A stretch of DNA of 61,906 bases, the filler included, from Nemertoderma westbladi (Eukaryota > Animalia > Xenacoelomorpha): NCBI GenBank assembly GCA_032718475.1. It is 4 parts of 4 records of this genome, joined end to end, with 100 filler letters (N's around TTAATTAATTAA, not from the genome) between each part and the next. Parts side by side here need not be neighbours in the genome. Positions count along the whole stretch, not along the records: positions 22,142 to 38,512 come from JAUCBJ010002669.1; 3 more parts are not named here. The stretch is one strand, 5' to 3'. Position numbers and translations under genes: made by a program. Shown here in pieces: positions 23,386-33,832 of this stretch. Under the pieces are notes generated by a model. It searched no databases. It was not told the origin of the DNA and saw only the letters and a list, made by a program, of their open reading frames with translations. Within the stretch, counting starts at the first letter, position 1, and the number at the start of each line of letters is the position of its first letter.

Positions 23386-25959
23386 CTAACCTTCTACCGT
23401 GTCTCTTACGGCCACAGTCGTTGTAAACGAAGACGACTTGGCTCCCATATTCTGTACTACCATCTTGTACATCGGTATTGTCGACGGTTCCTCGTCGCCG
23501 TTGTACCATAAGAAGCGCTGACTGTCACTATCCTCATCCGCTACACGGACTTGGTTGAACATGCCTTCGATGTCGCAGGTGAAAGCGTGTTTCCCATTCC
23601 TGAATCTGAGTAAGACCTCTATCCCTGAGTTGTATATGTTGGGACCCTCCAGCAGATAATCGTTTAGGCATTTGCTGTTGGTCTTAGCCGATGCGTCAAC
23701 TACCATCCGCAGTTTACCTTTCTTCGGGTCTAGAGCCACGTGGAGTGGCAGGTAATAGGTCCTGTCCGTGTTTGGTTCGTCGACCGGTAGCTCCACGGCC
23801 CATCCTTTCTCGACATACTTCCTGATCGTCTTATGAATGTACTCATTCTTTTTGGGGCTCCGTTTTAGCGTCTGCTTCAACTTACGAAGCCTCGTGAGTA
23901 CCATTCCTTTATTGTCGGGTAGCGGTAGCTTTGGTAGCTTCCATACCATCCCTATGGTATACCGCCTCTCTTCGCATGTCATCGATTCCTTTACACTTTG
24001 TAAAGCCTGCTTGTCTTCTACCGAGGTTCCAACCCCGGTCTCTTTTAATCCCTCGAAATCCTGCCTGAGCAGTCTCCTGAGCTGCTCCTCTGCTCCCATT
24101 TCTCGCATAGTTCCCGCGAACGTGCATCCTGATGTCTCCGACATCCTAAACGGTATTTTGCTCCTGATTGGGCCGCTCAGCGTCCACCCGAATGGTGTTA
24201 AAATCGCCACCGGGTCACACTGCCTGTTTTCGCCGAAGACCGTTTGCATTCTCTCGTGGGCCGTCAGGCAGTCCATTCCTACTATAATGGATACCTTCCT
24301 AATGTCCACCTCTGGGATGGAGAAGTCGATACTGTCCAGGAATTTGTATTGTTCGACCTCGATGTTGGTTGGCCACCTGGCGTTGATATTTATCGACTCT
24401 ATCACCTGGATGGGGTCGATGGTTGCCCCATAGTCGCATCCCGGTGCTATCGCTGCTATCGCGCACCGTCCGTTCCTCATCTCCAGGACCTCATCTTTGC
24501 TGGAGATGGTTGTTACCGCCATTCTACTTGGCCTCGTTCTCAATCCTATCTCTTCGGCCACCCAATCCTCAACCAGCGTAAAGGCTGATCCACTGTCGAC
24601 CAGCATCAATGTGGTCACTGATCGATTGCCTTCCCCAATCACTCGCACTGGTACTACCCCAAGTACCATTCCTCTCTTCTTTGCCCCTACGGTGCTCGTT
24701 GCCATCGTCTGACCTTTACTTTGACCGAACTTAATTGGCGTTTCCTTGCATTGATTAGCTCTATGTCCACTCATCACACATCGCGAGCAGATTTCATTTC
24801 TTCTCGCGTATTCTACCTGATCTTCCCTGGGTAGCGCTTGCCAGTACCTGCAGTTCATGGTCTGATGAAGTGCATTTGTATGTAATTGGCATTTGCTCTT
24901 TGGGTTGTAGCCATCCTTATAAAGTGCATTGCATATCGCACTTATGTTTGTACCAAAGTCCCTACTATTCTTATTGTTTGGGTGCGGCCTACTGGGTGTG
25001 CTGGGGTTATGTTTATTTGTGTTGTTATTTTTCCCCTGTCCGCTCCATGATGTGGTCTTACCCCCGGCTACTTGTGGACTAGCAGTCCCCTGCGTTGCTG
25101 CGTACGGCAGTGACTGTCTGAGCTTTGGCAATGCGTTCGAAGCGTTGTGCTCTGGTTTCGGCCTGTGGTAATCGGTCTTTGGTCCCTTTCCCAGGCTATC
25201 CTCGCTATAGACTGGGTCTGTTATTAGTTCAGCTTCATAGTTTAAGAAGCTCGACATATCTTCTAAACCCGGTTCCGCACCCTTCCTGTCTCGAGTGGAG
25301 AAAGTGATCTTCCTCCACTTGTTGCGCAACCACATCGGCAGTGCCTGCGCTATCGTGGTGATGTTATTGGATGCGTTAAGTTCGTATGGCGCGTCCAGCG
25401 TCTTTAGCACGATTAGCGCTTTCTCGACTTTGTTAGTGAATGTCTTTATGCTAACGGGGTTATCCTGTAGGCCACCCGATGTTATGCCTCTTACGGTTTG
25501 CCGGATGATTTTGGCCGGTTGCCCATACTCCCTGTCTAGTGCCCGCCATGCTGTCGTGAAGCCACCCTCGATGCCCTGGTATTGCCTCACGATGTCGTAA
25601 GCTGGGCCCCCTGTATATACTTGCAGATACTTTAGGCACTCTGCTTGTGTCAAGTTCTTCGTTAGTATCTCATTGCTATACATGCGCCGAAACTGTAGGT
25701 ATTCTTCCGGCCTACTTCCATCGAATTTGAACGGTTCCACGGGTGGTAACTCGATCCTGGTTTTTAAGGCATTGATTAATGTAGCCATTCCCATTGCATG
25801 CGCTTCCAATGGGTTCGATGGATGCTGTATAGGCTCTCCCGTTGGGTGCGGTCCGTTCGTCCTGTCTGCCGCTTTTCTTTGACTTGGATATATCATTGGG
25901 GGTAGCGGCCCCCTCCATATTTCAGTGTCGCACGATCTATTCTCATCCAAGGGGTTCAA
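23386..25959 (-). CDS. BEL/Pao gag-protease-RT polyprotein (premature TAG before YVDD)
   Basis: DUF1759-like KFDG..EEY/YLQVYTGGPA, CCHC knuckles, LVDSGS protease, RT YYLPLH..LRMVVDASAK..LNDYLLEGPN..DIEGMFNQV; same frame continues *EDKYS...FYVDDG. Confidence 0.9.
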   Translation of the reverse strand: MNPLDENRSCDTEIWRGPLPPMIYPSQRKAADRTNGPHPTGEPIQHPSNPLEAHAMGMATLINALKTRIELPPVEPFKFDGSRPEEYLQFRRMYSNEILTKNLTQAECLKYLQVYTGGPAYDIVRQYQGIEGGFTTAWRALDREYGQPAKIIRQTVRGITSGGLQDNPVSIKTFTNKVEKALIVLKTLDAPYELNASNNITTIAQALPMWLRNKWRKITFSTRDRKGAEPGLEDMSSFLNYEAELITDPVYSEDSLGKGPKTDYHRPKPEHNASNALPKLRQSLPYAATQGTASPQVAGGKTTSWSGQGKNNNTNKHNPSTPSRPHPNNKNSRDFGTNISAICNALYKDGYNPKSKCQLHTNALHQTMNCRYWQALPREDQVEYARRNEICSRCVMSGHRANQCKETPIKFGQSKGQTMATSTVGAKKRGMVLGVVPVRVIGEGNRSVTTLMLVDSGSAFTLVEDWVAEEIGLRTRPSRMAVTTISSKDEVLEMRNGRCAIAAIAPGCDYGATIDPIQVIESININARWPTNIEVEQYKFLDSIDFSIPEVDIRKVSIIVGMDCLTAHERMQTVFGENRQCDPVAILTPFGWTLSGPIRSKIPFRMSETSGCTFAGTMREMGAEEQLRRLLRQDFEGLKETGVGTSVEDKQALQSVKESMTCEERRYTIGMVWKLPKLPLPDNKGMVLTRLRKLKQTLKRSPKKNEYIHKTIRKYVEKGWAVELPVDEPNTDRTYYLPLHVALDPKKGKLRMVVDASAKTNSKCLNDYLLEGPNIYNSGIEVLLRFRNGKHAFTCDIEGMFNQVRVADEDSDSQRFLWYNGDEEPSTIPMYKMVVQNMGAKSSSFTTTVAVRDTVEG

Positions 25960-25992
25960 TGTTTTTATCCCTATTGGGGTATATTGTTGATA

Positions 25993-28907
25993 TTATGATG
26001 GGGGAATGTCACCCTGCCCCCCCCCCCCCCCCACCGGTATTTTTGGTACTGGGGTTGATGTTAATATATTGGGGCCCATGCACCTATCCGCAATAATTCT
26101 CCCCTCCCCTGGATATATGTTGTGTCCTTGCATGCTGCAGTCATACTGCTGTGCTGGTACCGTTATAGGCCTATCTACTTCTGGCCTACCTGCCGGTATG
26201 TACTCCACAACTTCCGGGTTTAATCCCGTTGTCTGCGCTATCCTATCGCCTATATTATCTCTCCCAACATAGCCTATGGTATGTGCAGTAAGGCCTACAG
26301 TATGTCTTGCAGTCTGTATGTGTCGCTCGTGATCAAAGTTTAACCTTCTCGAATAATCCTCCCCGCGGCTACCGTTTTCTCGATCGGCAGGTATATCCCG
26401 TCGGGAAGTTTCTCTTCGATCCCCTCTACTGTTCTCGTCCTCGTACCGGTACATCCTGTACCCCTCCCTCTGCGCGTAGTACGCCTCGTCAGGTCGCGTC
26501 TCCCTGGGGCGACGGCAATCTCCCGGAGTTCGACCCCACTGACTCTCCATCTCCATCTCTACCACCGACGGCTGGCTATCCGTCCTCGCCCTCCTGTCAT
26601 TCGCGACGACACTTCCTCTACTCTCTTCCCTTATTCTCTCTGTAGTGCAGTATCCCCGGTCATGAGATCTCTCGTCAACCTCCCGGTTAAACTCCACTGT
26701 TCTTCTTCCCTCTTCTGATTGGGCTCAACGTCTCGTCGCTCGCCCTCTCGCGACGTCAACCTGTCTCTCTCTGCTCGATCGCACGTCACTGGGGATACTC
26801 GTAACCCCCCTACTATTCTCCATCGCAGGGTGCTGCGGTTCACCTAATTCGCCCCGCGCATTATCCGCCGACGCTTGTGGGACACTCTTTCCCCCCCCCC
26901 CCCCCGCTCGCCGCTAATCTCTTGTTGTGGGGCTCCTGTAGCCCCCCCCCCCCCCACTCGCCACCTATCACTTCAGTATCTCTCACTTCGTTTCTACACC
27001 CCTCTCTAGTCGACACACTAACCCTACTGCAGTTGGGTCTATTCACCCCCGCCTCTCCCTCTGCTACTGTGTGGCCTACCAGGCCTTCCACTTCCTGCCT
27101 ACTAACTACGTGGCCTACTAGGCCCTCATTGGGTTGATTCAACCCCGCCACTTCCTGCCTACTAACTACGTGGCCTACCAGGCTCTCACCTGCCGGGCCG
27201 TTTGCGCCTGCCGCGTTTATATTAATAGCACCACCATCAGCGTCATTTTCCAAATTAATTAAATTATTTTGCGTGATTATATTATTTGAGTTATTTTGTG
27301 TAATTATATTATTTGAATCGTCAATTAAATTATTTTGCGTAATTTCACTATTTGAATTATTTTGCATACTCGGGTTTAGATTAATATTTAAATTATTTGA
27401 ATTATTTTGTAAATTCGAACCTACATTACTACTATTGGACAAAATATTATTTCCTGCAATGAAAGTTTGGTGGTTTGATTTATCCACTACGGTACTATTA
27501 ATATTAACGTTGTCTACTGTATTGTTATTATTACCCCCCCCCCCCCCCGCCCGTACGGTCACACCAGTCTTGGGTCTGTCGTCCGGTCCCTGTAGGTGGG
27601 GTATTAATAAATATTTCCCTAACTTCTGGCTCCTCGTAAATACTACCCGAGCCAGCCTCGCTCTCTGACAGCCCCATCCCAGTTCCAGTCGGCGCTTTTG
27701 CTTCGTCTGGTATTGCATAAGCCCCCTTAGCCGGGCATGCATACCATCCTGCACACATTTTTCTCTCACTCTCTCTCTCTCTATCCTCTCGTGAACTCTG
27801 ATCGGCTAACTCTGCCTCTCTCGCAATCCTCCCAAGCCATCTCGCCCCACGTTCTTTTCGCTCACTCTCTTATCCCGCCTCACGCTCTTCACGTCTATTC
27901 TGCTCTCTCGCCTCGCGCTCTTTTCGCTCACTCTGTTCTCTTGTTTCTATCTCCTCATACTCCCTAAAGTTTCTCGCGACCCTCTCGGCCCTCTCTTTGT
28001 TCTCTCTAATCAGTTCTTTCTCCTTCTCTATTAACGCACTCTCTTCCTCTAACTGTCTCTCTAATTCTCTCTGATCTAGCGCCGCCAGATCGAGCTGGCA
28101 CGCCAGATCTATTTCCATCACCCGTCTTACTTTCGCGGAGGATGTAGCAGACTTATCGGTCGCGACGGACTCCCGTCGCCTTCCCGTCCTACTAACTTTC
28201 CCCAGCTTCCTGGAACTTTCGCCGACCGACGAGACCGAATCCTCAGGGTTAACCTCGGATTCGCCCTCCTGCGGTCCTCTCCAACCCACCAACTTAATTC
28301 CCCGGGCATCGACTAAGTATGGCCCTATGTACACTACACTAGGCTCCATACCCCTACATTCCCATAGTTCAAACAGTTCCGTGGCGACCCCCCTCGCTCT
28401 CTCATTGGCCAGTTCTCCCTGCCCAAAGCGCACTAAATAAAAATAATCAAAATGTTTATTCGACTCACCTAGCCGCTTCTCTAGCTTTACCTCGTCTATC
28501 TTGGCCCCTCCTTTGGCTTCCCTCAGTTGCTTTCGGGTCGCGTTGTAGGCTCGTCGGAGCCGGTCGCTGACCCCGACGTCCTCGTCGCCGACGTCTCCTC
28601 TATCCCTCCGTGTTCGGCGTCGTACCGGCGGCTCCACCGTCGCCGTTCCGGTGGGCTGTCCGTCGCCCTCGGCCTGTGGCTGGCCGGCGACATCGGCACG
28701 TCGACCGCCGCTGTGTGTCGACTCGTCTCTCTCCCCCCTCGACTCGACCTCTCGTTGTAGACGGCCCCACTCGGTTTGGATTGCCGGATCGTCCGTAGTT
28801 GATTGATTTGGCATCGTGGGTCGGTACCGTCGCGTCGCGGCCTCGCGGATCGTTAGATTATCGTCGTCCAGGGTCCGCGGCGGTGTCGTCTCTCTTTCTC
28901 GACTCAT
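25993..28907 (-). CDS. Frame-broken N-terminal leader polypeptide of the BEL element (ORFs 27870-28907, 26861-27769, 25993-26697)
   Basis: Charged coiled coil, Asn-rich tract and GLVGHVV repeats; homologous to 33833-36360. Confidence 0.6.
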
Positions 28908-28976
28908 CCTTTGACTGGCTGACTGTCAGTTAGAGTTGTTGGTATCGGGTATCGGGCAGCTGCTGGTTCTTATCAC

Positions 28977-29555
28977 TGTGACGGGATCCGAGGATCCCGA
29001 TTTATCCGGTTGTCTTATCTACGCGTCCCCGTCGTGTGTGTGTGAAAAGAGTTCTGGGGTTGTTGACAGATCGGTGTGTATAAATATAAGGGTATAATAT
29101 AATCGAATAGGATATAGCACAGTTGATTGATGATAACTAAGTGTACCGGTAAAATGGCTGAATAATGGTGGTGGCAGTAGACGATAATAAGAGTTCCCGT
29201 TCTGCCCTAACTAACTGACTTACTAGAGTGAATGAAATGACACAATAACTGGTAATATATTGCACTAGTTGGCCGTATTACATTACTCAGTGGATGCCTT
29301 CCCCCCATTGGCTAATAACTCACTTCTCGCCCTCCCATCTCTCTGGGAGTGCTTCCCCCCGCTACTGTCACTCTCTCCCTACCGGAGGTGTAACCTCTGA
29401 CCCCCGCTGTGTGTGTGTTCCTTTGGGGTTTGTCGCCCCTTTTATTGGGGTGATACGAGGTTGATTGGTAATCAACCTCGTACTCCTAATATTGCTTAAA
29501 GCTCCTGCTTGGCCAACTTTGTGTGGGCTGGTTAGCGGAATTGAATACGCTAACA
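28977..29555 (-). repeat. 5' LTR of BEL/Pao element (579 bp)
   Basis: TGTTAGCG...GGATCCCGTCACA ends, same termini as the 33204 and 37726 LTRs. Confidence 0.85.
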
Positions 29556-30877
29556 TACCCATCACCAAAAAGTACAAGTTTGCGATGTCCAGTGCTGTTT
29601 TTATTGATTCCATCGGATTCAGGACCCTCATAAACCCGTATAACGCAAGAAACAAGATGATACTATCTACTGATCAATTTACTCATTTTCAAAAATTTGG
29701 TGCTGGTACAACAATTTTCACCCACCGATGACAAATACAAGTTTGAAAACTCTTATGAAATTTTTACTGATTCCAATGAATTCAGAACCCTAACAAACCC
29801 TGATATAATTGATGGTTTTCAAAATTTGGTGCTAGCACCACATTTTGCACCCACTTCCGAAAAATACAAGTTTGAGATGTCTAGTTCGATAATTCTATAT
29901 TCCATTGAATTCAGAACAGCCATAAACCTCTAAAATGCAAGAAATAAATTGTCACAAGCAATTTTATCTATTGAATGGATTTTCAAAATTTCGTGCTAGT
30001 ACCAAAATTTGCACACAGCACCGAAAAATACAAGTTTGATACGCTTGGTGCAACTCGTAAATATTTCATCAAAACCAGAACTCCAAAAAACCCCAATTGC
30101 GTATAAAACAAGTTTCAAACAATCAATTTACAAAATTGACATATTTCAAAATTTGGTGCTGGCACCAAAATTTGGCACCCGCCGAAAAAAACAAGTTTGA
30201 AATTTCTAAATCAATTTATATGAATTCCATCCAATTTCTAACACCAAAAAACCGGTGTAAATAAAAAATAGAGATGTTACAATTAATATTTAATGAAAAG
30301 TAATTTTCAAAAACGTCTCAAAAAAAGTGCCAAAAGTAGGGTTAAAAAATGGTGGTATAACTTAAAAACTACCCAATACTTTTGAAAACGATTTTCACTA
30401 CTAGGAAGACAATAGATTTTTAGGAAAAGTCATAAAATTTCAGATTCCCAACTGCGTTTGTTTCAGAATTATAATAAAAAAACCACGGGGGTGGGGTCAT
30501 ATTGACCCCCCCCCCCCGGGTTTAATAGGGTTAATAGTATCCAATCATGCAAACTGAATATATTAGAAACTTTAGTAATTTTAGACTAGACTATTTTAAC
30601 AATCCTAGAAGCACCGAAGGAAGGATAAAACGGAGAAATAAACTATTGTCTGGCTGGCGCTTCCTTTGCATTACAAGAGGTTAGTTTTCGCCGAGATAAG
30701 TGCAGTAGTTTCATTGAATTCATTACAATTTCCATCCGTTCGCTATACTGACTCGAGTAAGTCAGATACAACCTGAAGGGATTTCATTATCGGTTTGACC
30801 AGATATGGAGACAGACAGAATGTTAATTGAGTATTAATAATATAGCGCGGTATATCCACATATACTGCATTACTCAC

Positions 30878-31094
30878 CAATACTTAGCACTAGACCCAAC
30901 CGTGGCGATTGGGTGTCACCTCGGCAACGGAGTTCCTTGTAGTGGTCGTGAATCTCGGTGAGGGCGTCCATCATCGGGTTGTTTGCTAGCAGACCGCCGT
31001 CAAGGAAACGGCCCATTGGCGGGAAGTAAGTTGGCGCGGCCCCTGATGCCATACCGGCAGACCAGACCTCTTGCTCGTCTGGATCATATGTAGG
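30878..31094 (-). CDS. Exon of calcium-independent phospholipase A2 (PLA2G6/PNPLA9-like patatin domain)
   Basis: TTCACAG acceptor, GTGAGT donor; EQEVWSAGMASGAAPTYF..FLDGGLLANNP.MDALTEI..LGLVLSIG contains the catalytic DGG motif. Confidence 0.8.
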
Positions 31095-31162
31095 CTGTGA
31101 AATAGCACAGGTACTTAAACGCTACTACTTCTAGGATCGGCATGCTGCATTGCAGCTGCATT

Positions 31163-31612
31163 TTTAAGAATGCTGTGCCGGCTTGTCGACAAAATTGCGC
31201 CGCCACAACTCCCTATCACCCATGACATTTGCTAGTTCATCCACATTTTCAAGGCCAATGTCCCTTAACATGCGTCTAAATAAAGTCGTGGGCTGTCCAC
31301 CATGCTTATTCACTCCATGAGGCTGCCAAAGCACAAGATTAGGCACTGGCTGGTCCTCACGGCGAAAGCAATGTCCTGCAAAGCGGAGGCGACTTTGTTC
31401 TAGTGTCAAGCTTTGGGGAACCAATGAGACACCTCCAATGTTATATAGTGTCTGGTTGGAGATGTGTACATTGTACTTGATACAATGAACCCGGTGTAGC
31501 ATTCTTGTGAATGTGCCATCCAGAGATTTGGTGTCCTCGGCAGTTAGAGCCCTGCATGGACTCCCATAGAAGAGTACTGGAACTACTGCTGTTCTAAATA
31601 ATCGGACCTTAA
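31163..31612 (-). mobile_element. RTE-type LINE 3' fragment
   Basis: KVRLFRTAVVPVLFYG...RLRFAGHCFRREDQPVPNLVLWQP..DRELWR. Confidence 0.75.
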
Positions 31613-31661
31613 GTTAACTTTATTTATAACCGGACGATTAATTCTGTGTGACTTCCATCAC

Positions 31662-31995
31662 GTCAAAATCGCCGAACCAGTTGGCAAATTGCAGAAAAAT
31701 GGGGAAAGTGATGCGAAAAAAGTGCAAAATTTTGCTAAATGCCAAGTCAAAATCGCCGAACCACTTGACAAATTGCAGAAAAATGCTGAAAATGATGCGA
31801 AAAAGTACAAAATTTTGCTAAATGCCAAGTCAAAATCGCCGAACCACTTGGCAAATTGCAGAAAAATTGTTAAAATGATGCAAAAAAGTGCAAAATTTTG
31901 CTAAATCCCAAGTCAAAATCGCCAAACCACTTGGCAAATTGCAGAAAAATGTTGAAATGATGCGAAAAATTTCCAAAATGCCAAACCACTTGCTG
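31662..31995. repeat. ~83-bp tandem repeat, ~4 copies
   Basis: GTCAAAATCGCCGAACCACTTGGCAAATTGCAGAAAAAT...TTTTGCTAAATGCCAA units. Confidence 0.85.
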
Positions 31996-32165
31996 AAATG
32001 CCTTTGGTCGCTTTCAGTTTCGTGTTTTATTTCCTTCTCTTTAAATTTTTCTTGAAGTAGCCTGCCTATTCGGTAAAAACAAATGTTTTATTGTCCAAAA
32101 GGTCTAAAATTCACATTTTTGGTTCCGACAGAGCGCATAATTTTAGAGTTTAAATTTACACCAGA

Positions 32166-33165
32166 TTAATTAACTTCTTCCACGAGACATCTCTTCACTA
32201 TTTCCTGAACCACAATTCCCAAACGTCTCAGACTTTTATCTCTTTCATTATTGGAGATCGGCGGCGCATCTTGCTTGTCCGTCACAACCAAAATGTGGCT
32301 CACCTGAACGTCATTTGTGAAGTTGGTGGCCGATGTCGCCCAGAGCACTCCGGCCAACTCGAATTCCCCGACCGACCTTTCTTGCAGGTTGGGGAAGTAC
32401 ATTGGACTACTTGTGGTCGGCCTAGCAAATATCCTGATTGGCGCACGTTCTCCTCTCATCGTGATCTTCTTGTCCAACTCTTCTCCGGATTTGAAGACGG
32501 CACGTGAGGGAAAGCCGTTCTGAGGAGGTATCCATTTGTTAAAGTACCCATCAAAGAGAGGAGTGGCGTGTCCATCTGACTTTAATACGATGATTTCGCC
32601 GAGTTTGGTGTCCGCCCCACCAAAGACTGTCCCCGCTTTCAAGACAAATCTGACGGTGTCACGGCAGTTTTGGAAGACTTCGCCGAGGGTGCCGGATGTC
32701 ATCAGAGCGTGTGTGTTTTTGGGGAGGATGACGGTGACGACGTTGGCGCTGCCCTCGTAATATCCGGTGGCCCACTTGGATGACGATGTCAGCTGTTTCA
32801 TCTCCTCCACGACATCTTCCATTTTGGCGATGATGGCCTTATACTCCAACTGGATTCCCATGACGGTGACGATTGTGGATTCAGCGAATTTCTCCTCCAG
32901 CGTCTTCTTCCTGAGACCCAAAATGTTGATATTCGGTGTTCTTGTTTTGTGTCCACTCTTCTTCAGGAAACTGACATTGAGGCCGATCTTGTCAATTGCG
33001 CCTTGGATGTCTTCCAGCATTTCATTCCGGGTCTTCCTTTCGCTGTTTTGAATGTCATCAGTGTTGAATTGCTCGCCGTCCTCTGCCGTGAGGTGTCTTC
33101 GAATGTACAGCTCGGGATTGTCCATATTGAACGCGCCGAGAATTTTCCAGTGGTGATTGGGTATT
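32166..33165 (-). CDS. PB2: Endogenous viral element: fragment of an influenza-like (Orthomyxoviridae) polymerase PB2 gene, mid/cap-binding/linker region; first ATG at 33125
   Basis: Colinear matches to influenza A PB2 recalled from memory: [17 protein letters not shown]~[42 protein letters not shown]~[22 protein letters not shown]; YYEG~VHEG; ILPKNT~ILRKAT; GTVFGGAD~AMVFSQED; YFNKW~LFQNW; ITMRGER~MSMRGIR. Intronless, GC-richer than flanks. Confidence 0.75.
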
Positions 33166-33203
33166 AGTATGTCCTGTGACCCCACTTTTTGAAGAAAAAA
33201 AAC

Positions 33204-33750
33204 TGTTAGCTTATTCAATCCCGCTAACACCCCATAAAGTTAAGCCGATAAGCAATATTGGGGGCCACGAGATTGAGTAATCAATCACCCGTGCCACCCC
33301 AACAAAATGGGAAGGAGAAACACAATGAGGGTCTGGGGCCAAACCCCTAACCCAGAGAGAACAGGTGGAGTGAACGGAAACACTCCAAAGGGCGCCAACA
33401 AGGGTATCAACCAATCAGAGGGGGGAAAGGCATCGGTTAGGTAGAGTAACAAGGCCAACCGTGCAATATAGCCACTTGGCAGTAATCATATCAGTTCAGT
33501 TATCTCAGTGTAATATTGGTGCTAGTTTAGGTTAGTTAGTTTAGCTAGGGAAGGACCGGGACTTTAATTACCGTATCCCGCCTTCTGTATACGACAACAT
33601 TATTCATATACCTATATCTATATACCCTATATCTATATCAGTTATTATATACGACGAACGACACGAACTCCTAATACCTTTCATACACACGGCGGGGACG
33701 CGTAAACTAAACAACCGGATAAACCGGGATCCTTCCTGGATCCCGTCACA
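33204..33750 (+). repeat. 5' LTR
   Basis: TGTTAGC...CGTCACA; four substitutions seen versus the 3' LTR. Confidence 0.95.
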
Positions 33751-33832
33751 GTAATTAAACCCGACCAGTTAGTAATTAAATCGAGCTGTTCCCCTAGCCA
33801 GCTAAACCACCAGCCACCAATCACCAAGCGAG

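Larger units (their letters stand above)
23270..29555 (-). mobile_element. BEL/Pao LTR retrotransposon, 3'-truncated
   Basis: 5' LTR, leader ORFs, gag-protease-RT; sequence ends shortly after YVDD with no RNase H, integrase or 3' LTR. Confidence 0.9.
22882..30530. mobile_element. piggyBac-like non-autonomous element hosting the BEL/Pao insertion
   Basis: TTAA|CCCTATTAGTACCGGG ... CCCGGGTTTAATAGGG|TTAA; GGGGTCA..TTGACCCC subterminal palindromes at both ends; degenerate internal repeats 29560-30250. Confidence 0.7.

Noticed and set aside
32200-32400. Resemblance to influenza PA C-terminal motif (LYGF..ND.DV)
   Set aside because: Single weak match, versus eight colinear PB2 motifs.
33166-33230. 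N-terminal part of the 354-aa ORF (MLAGLNKLTVFF...)
   Set aside because: Derived from the LTR and adjacent repeat, not part of the viral sequence.
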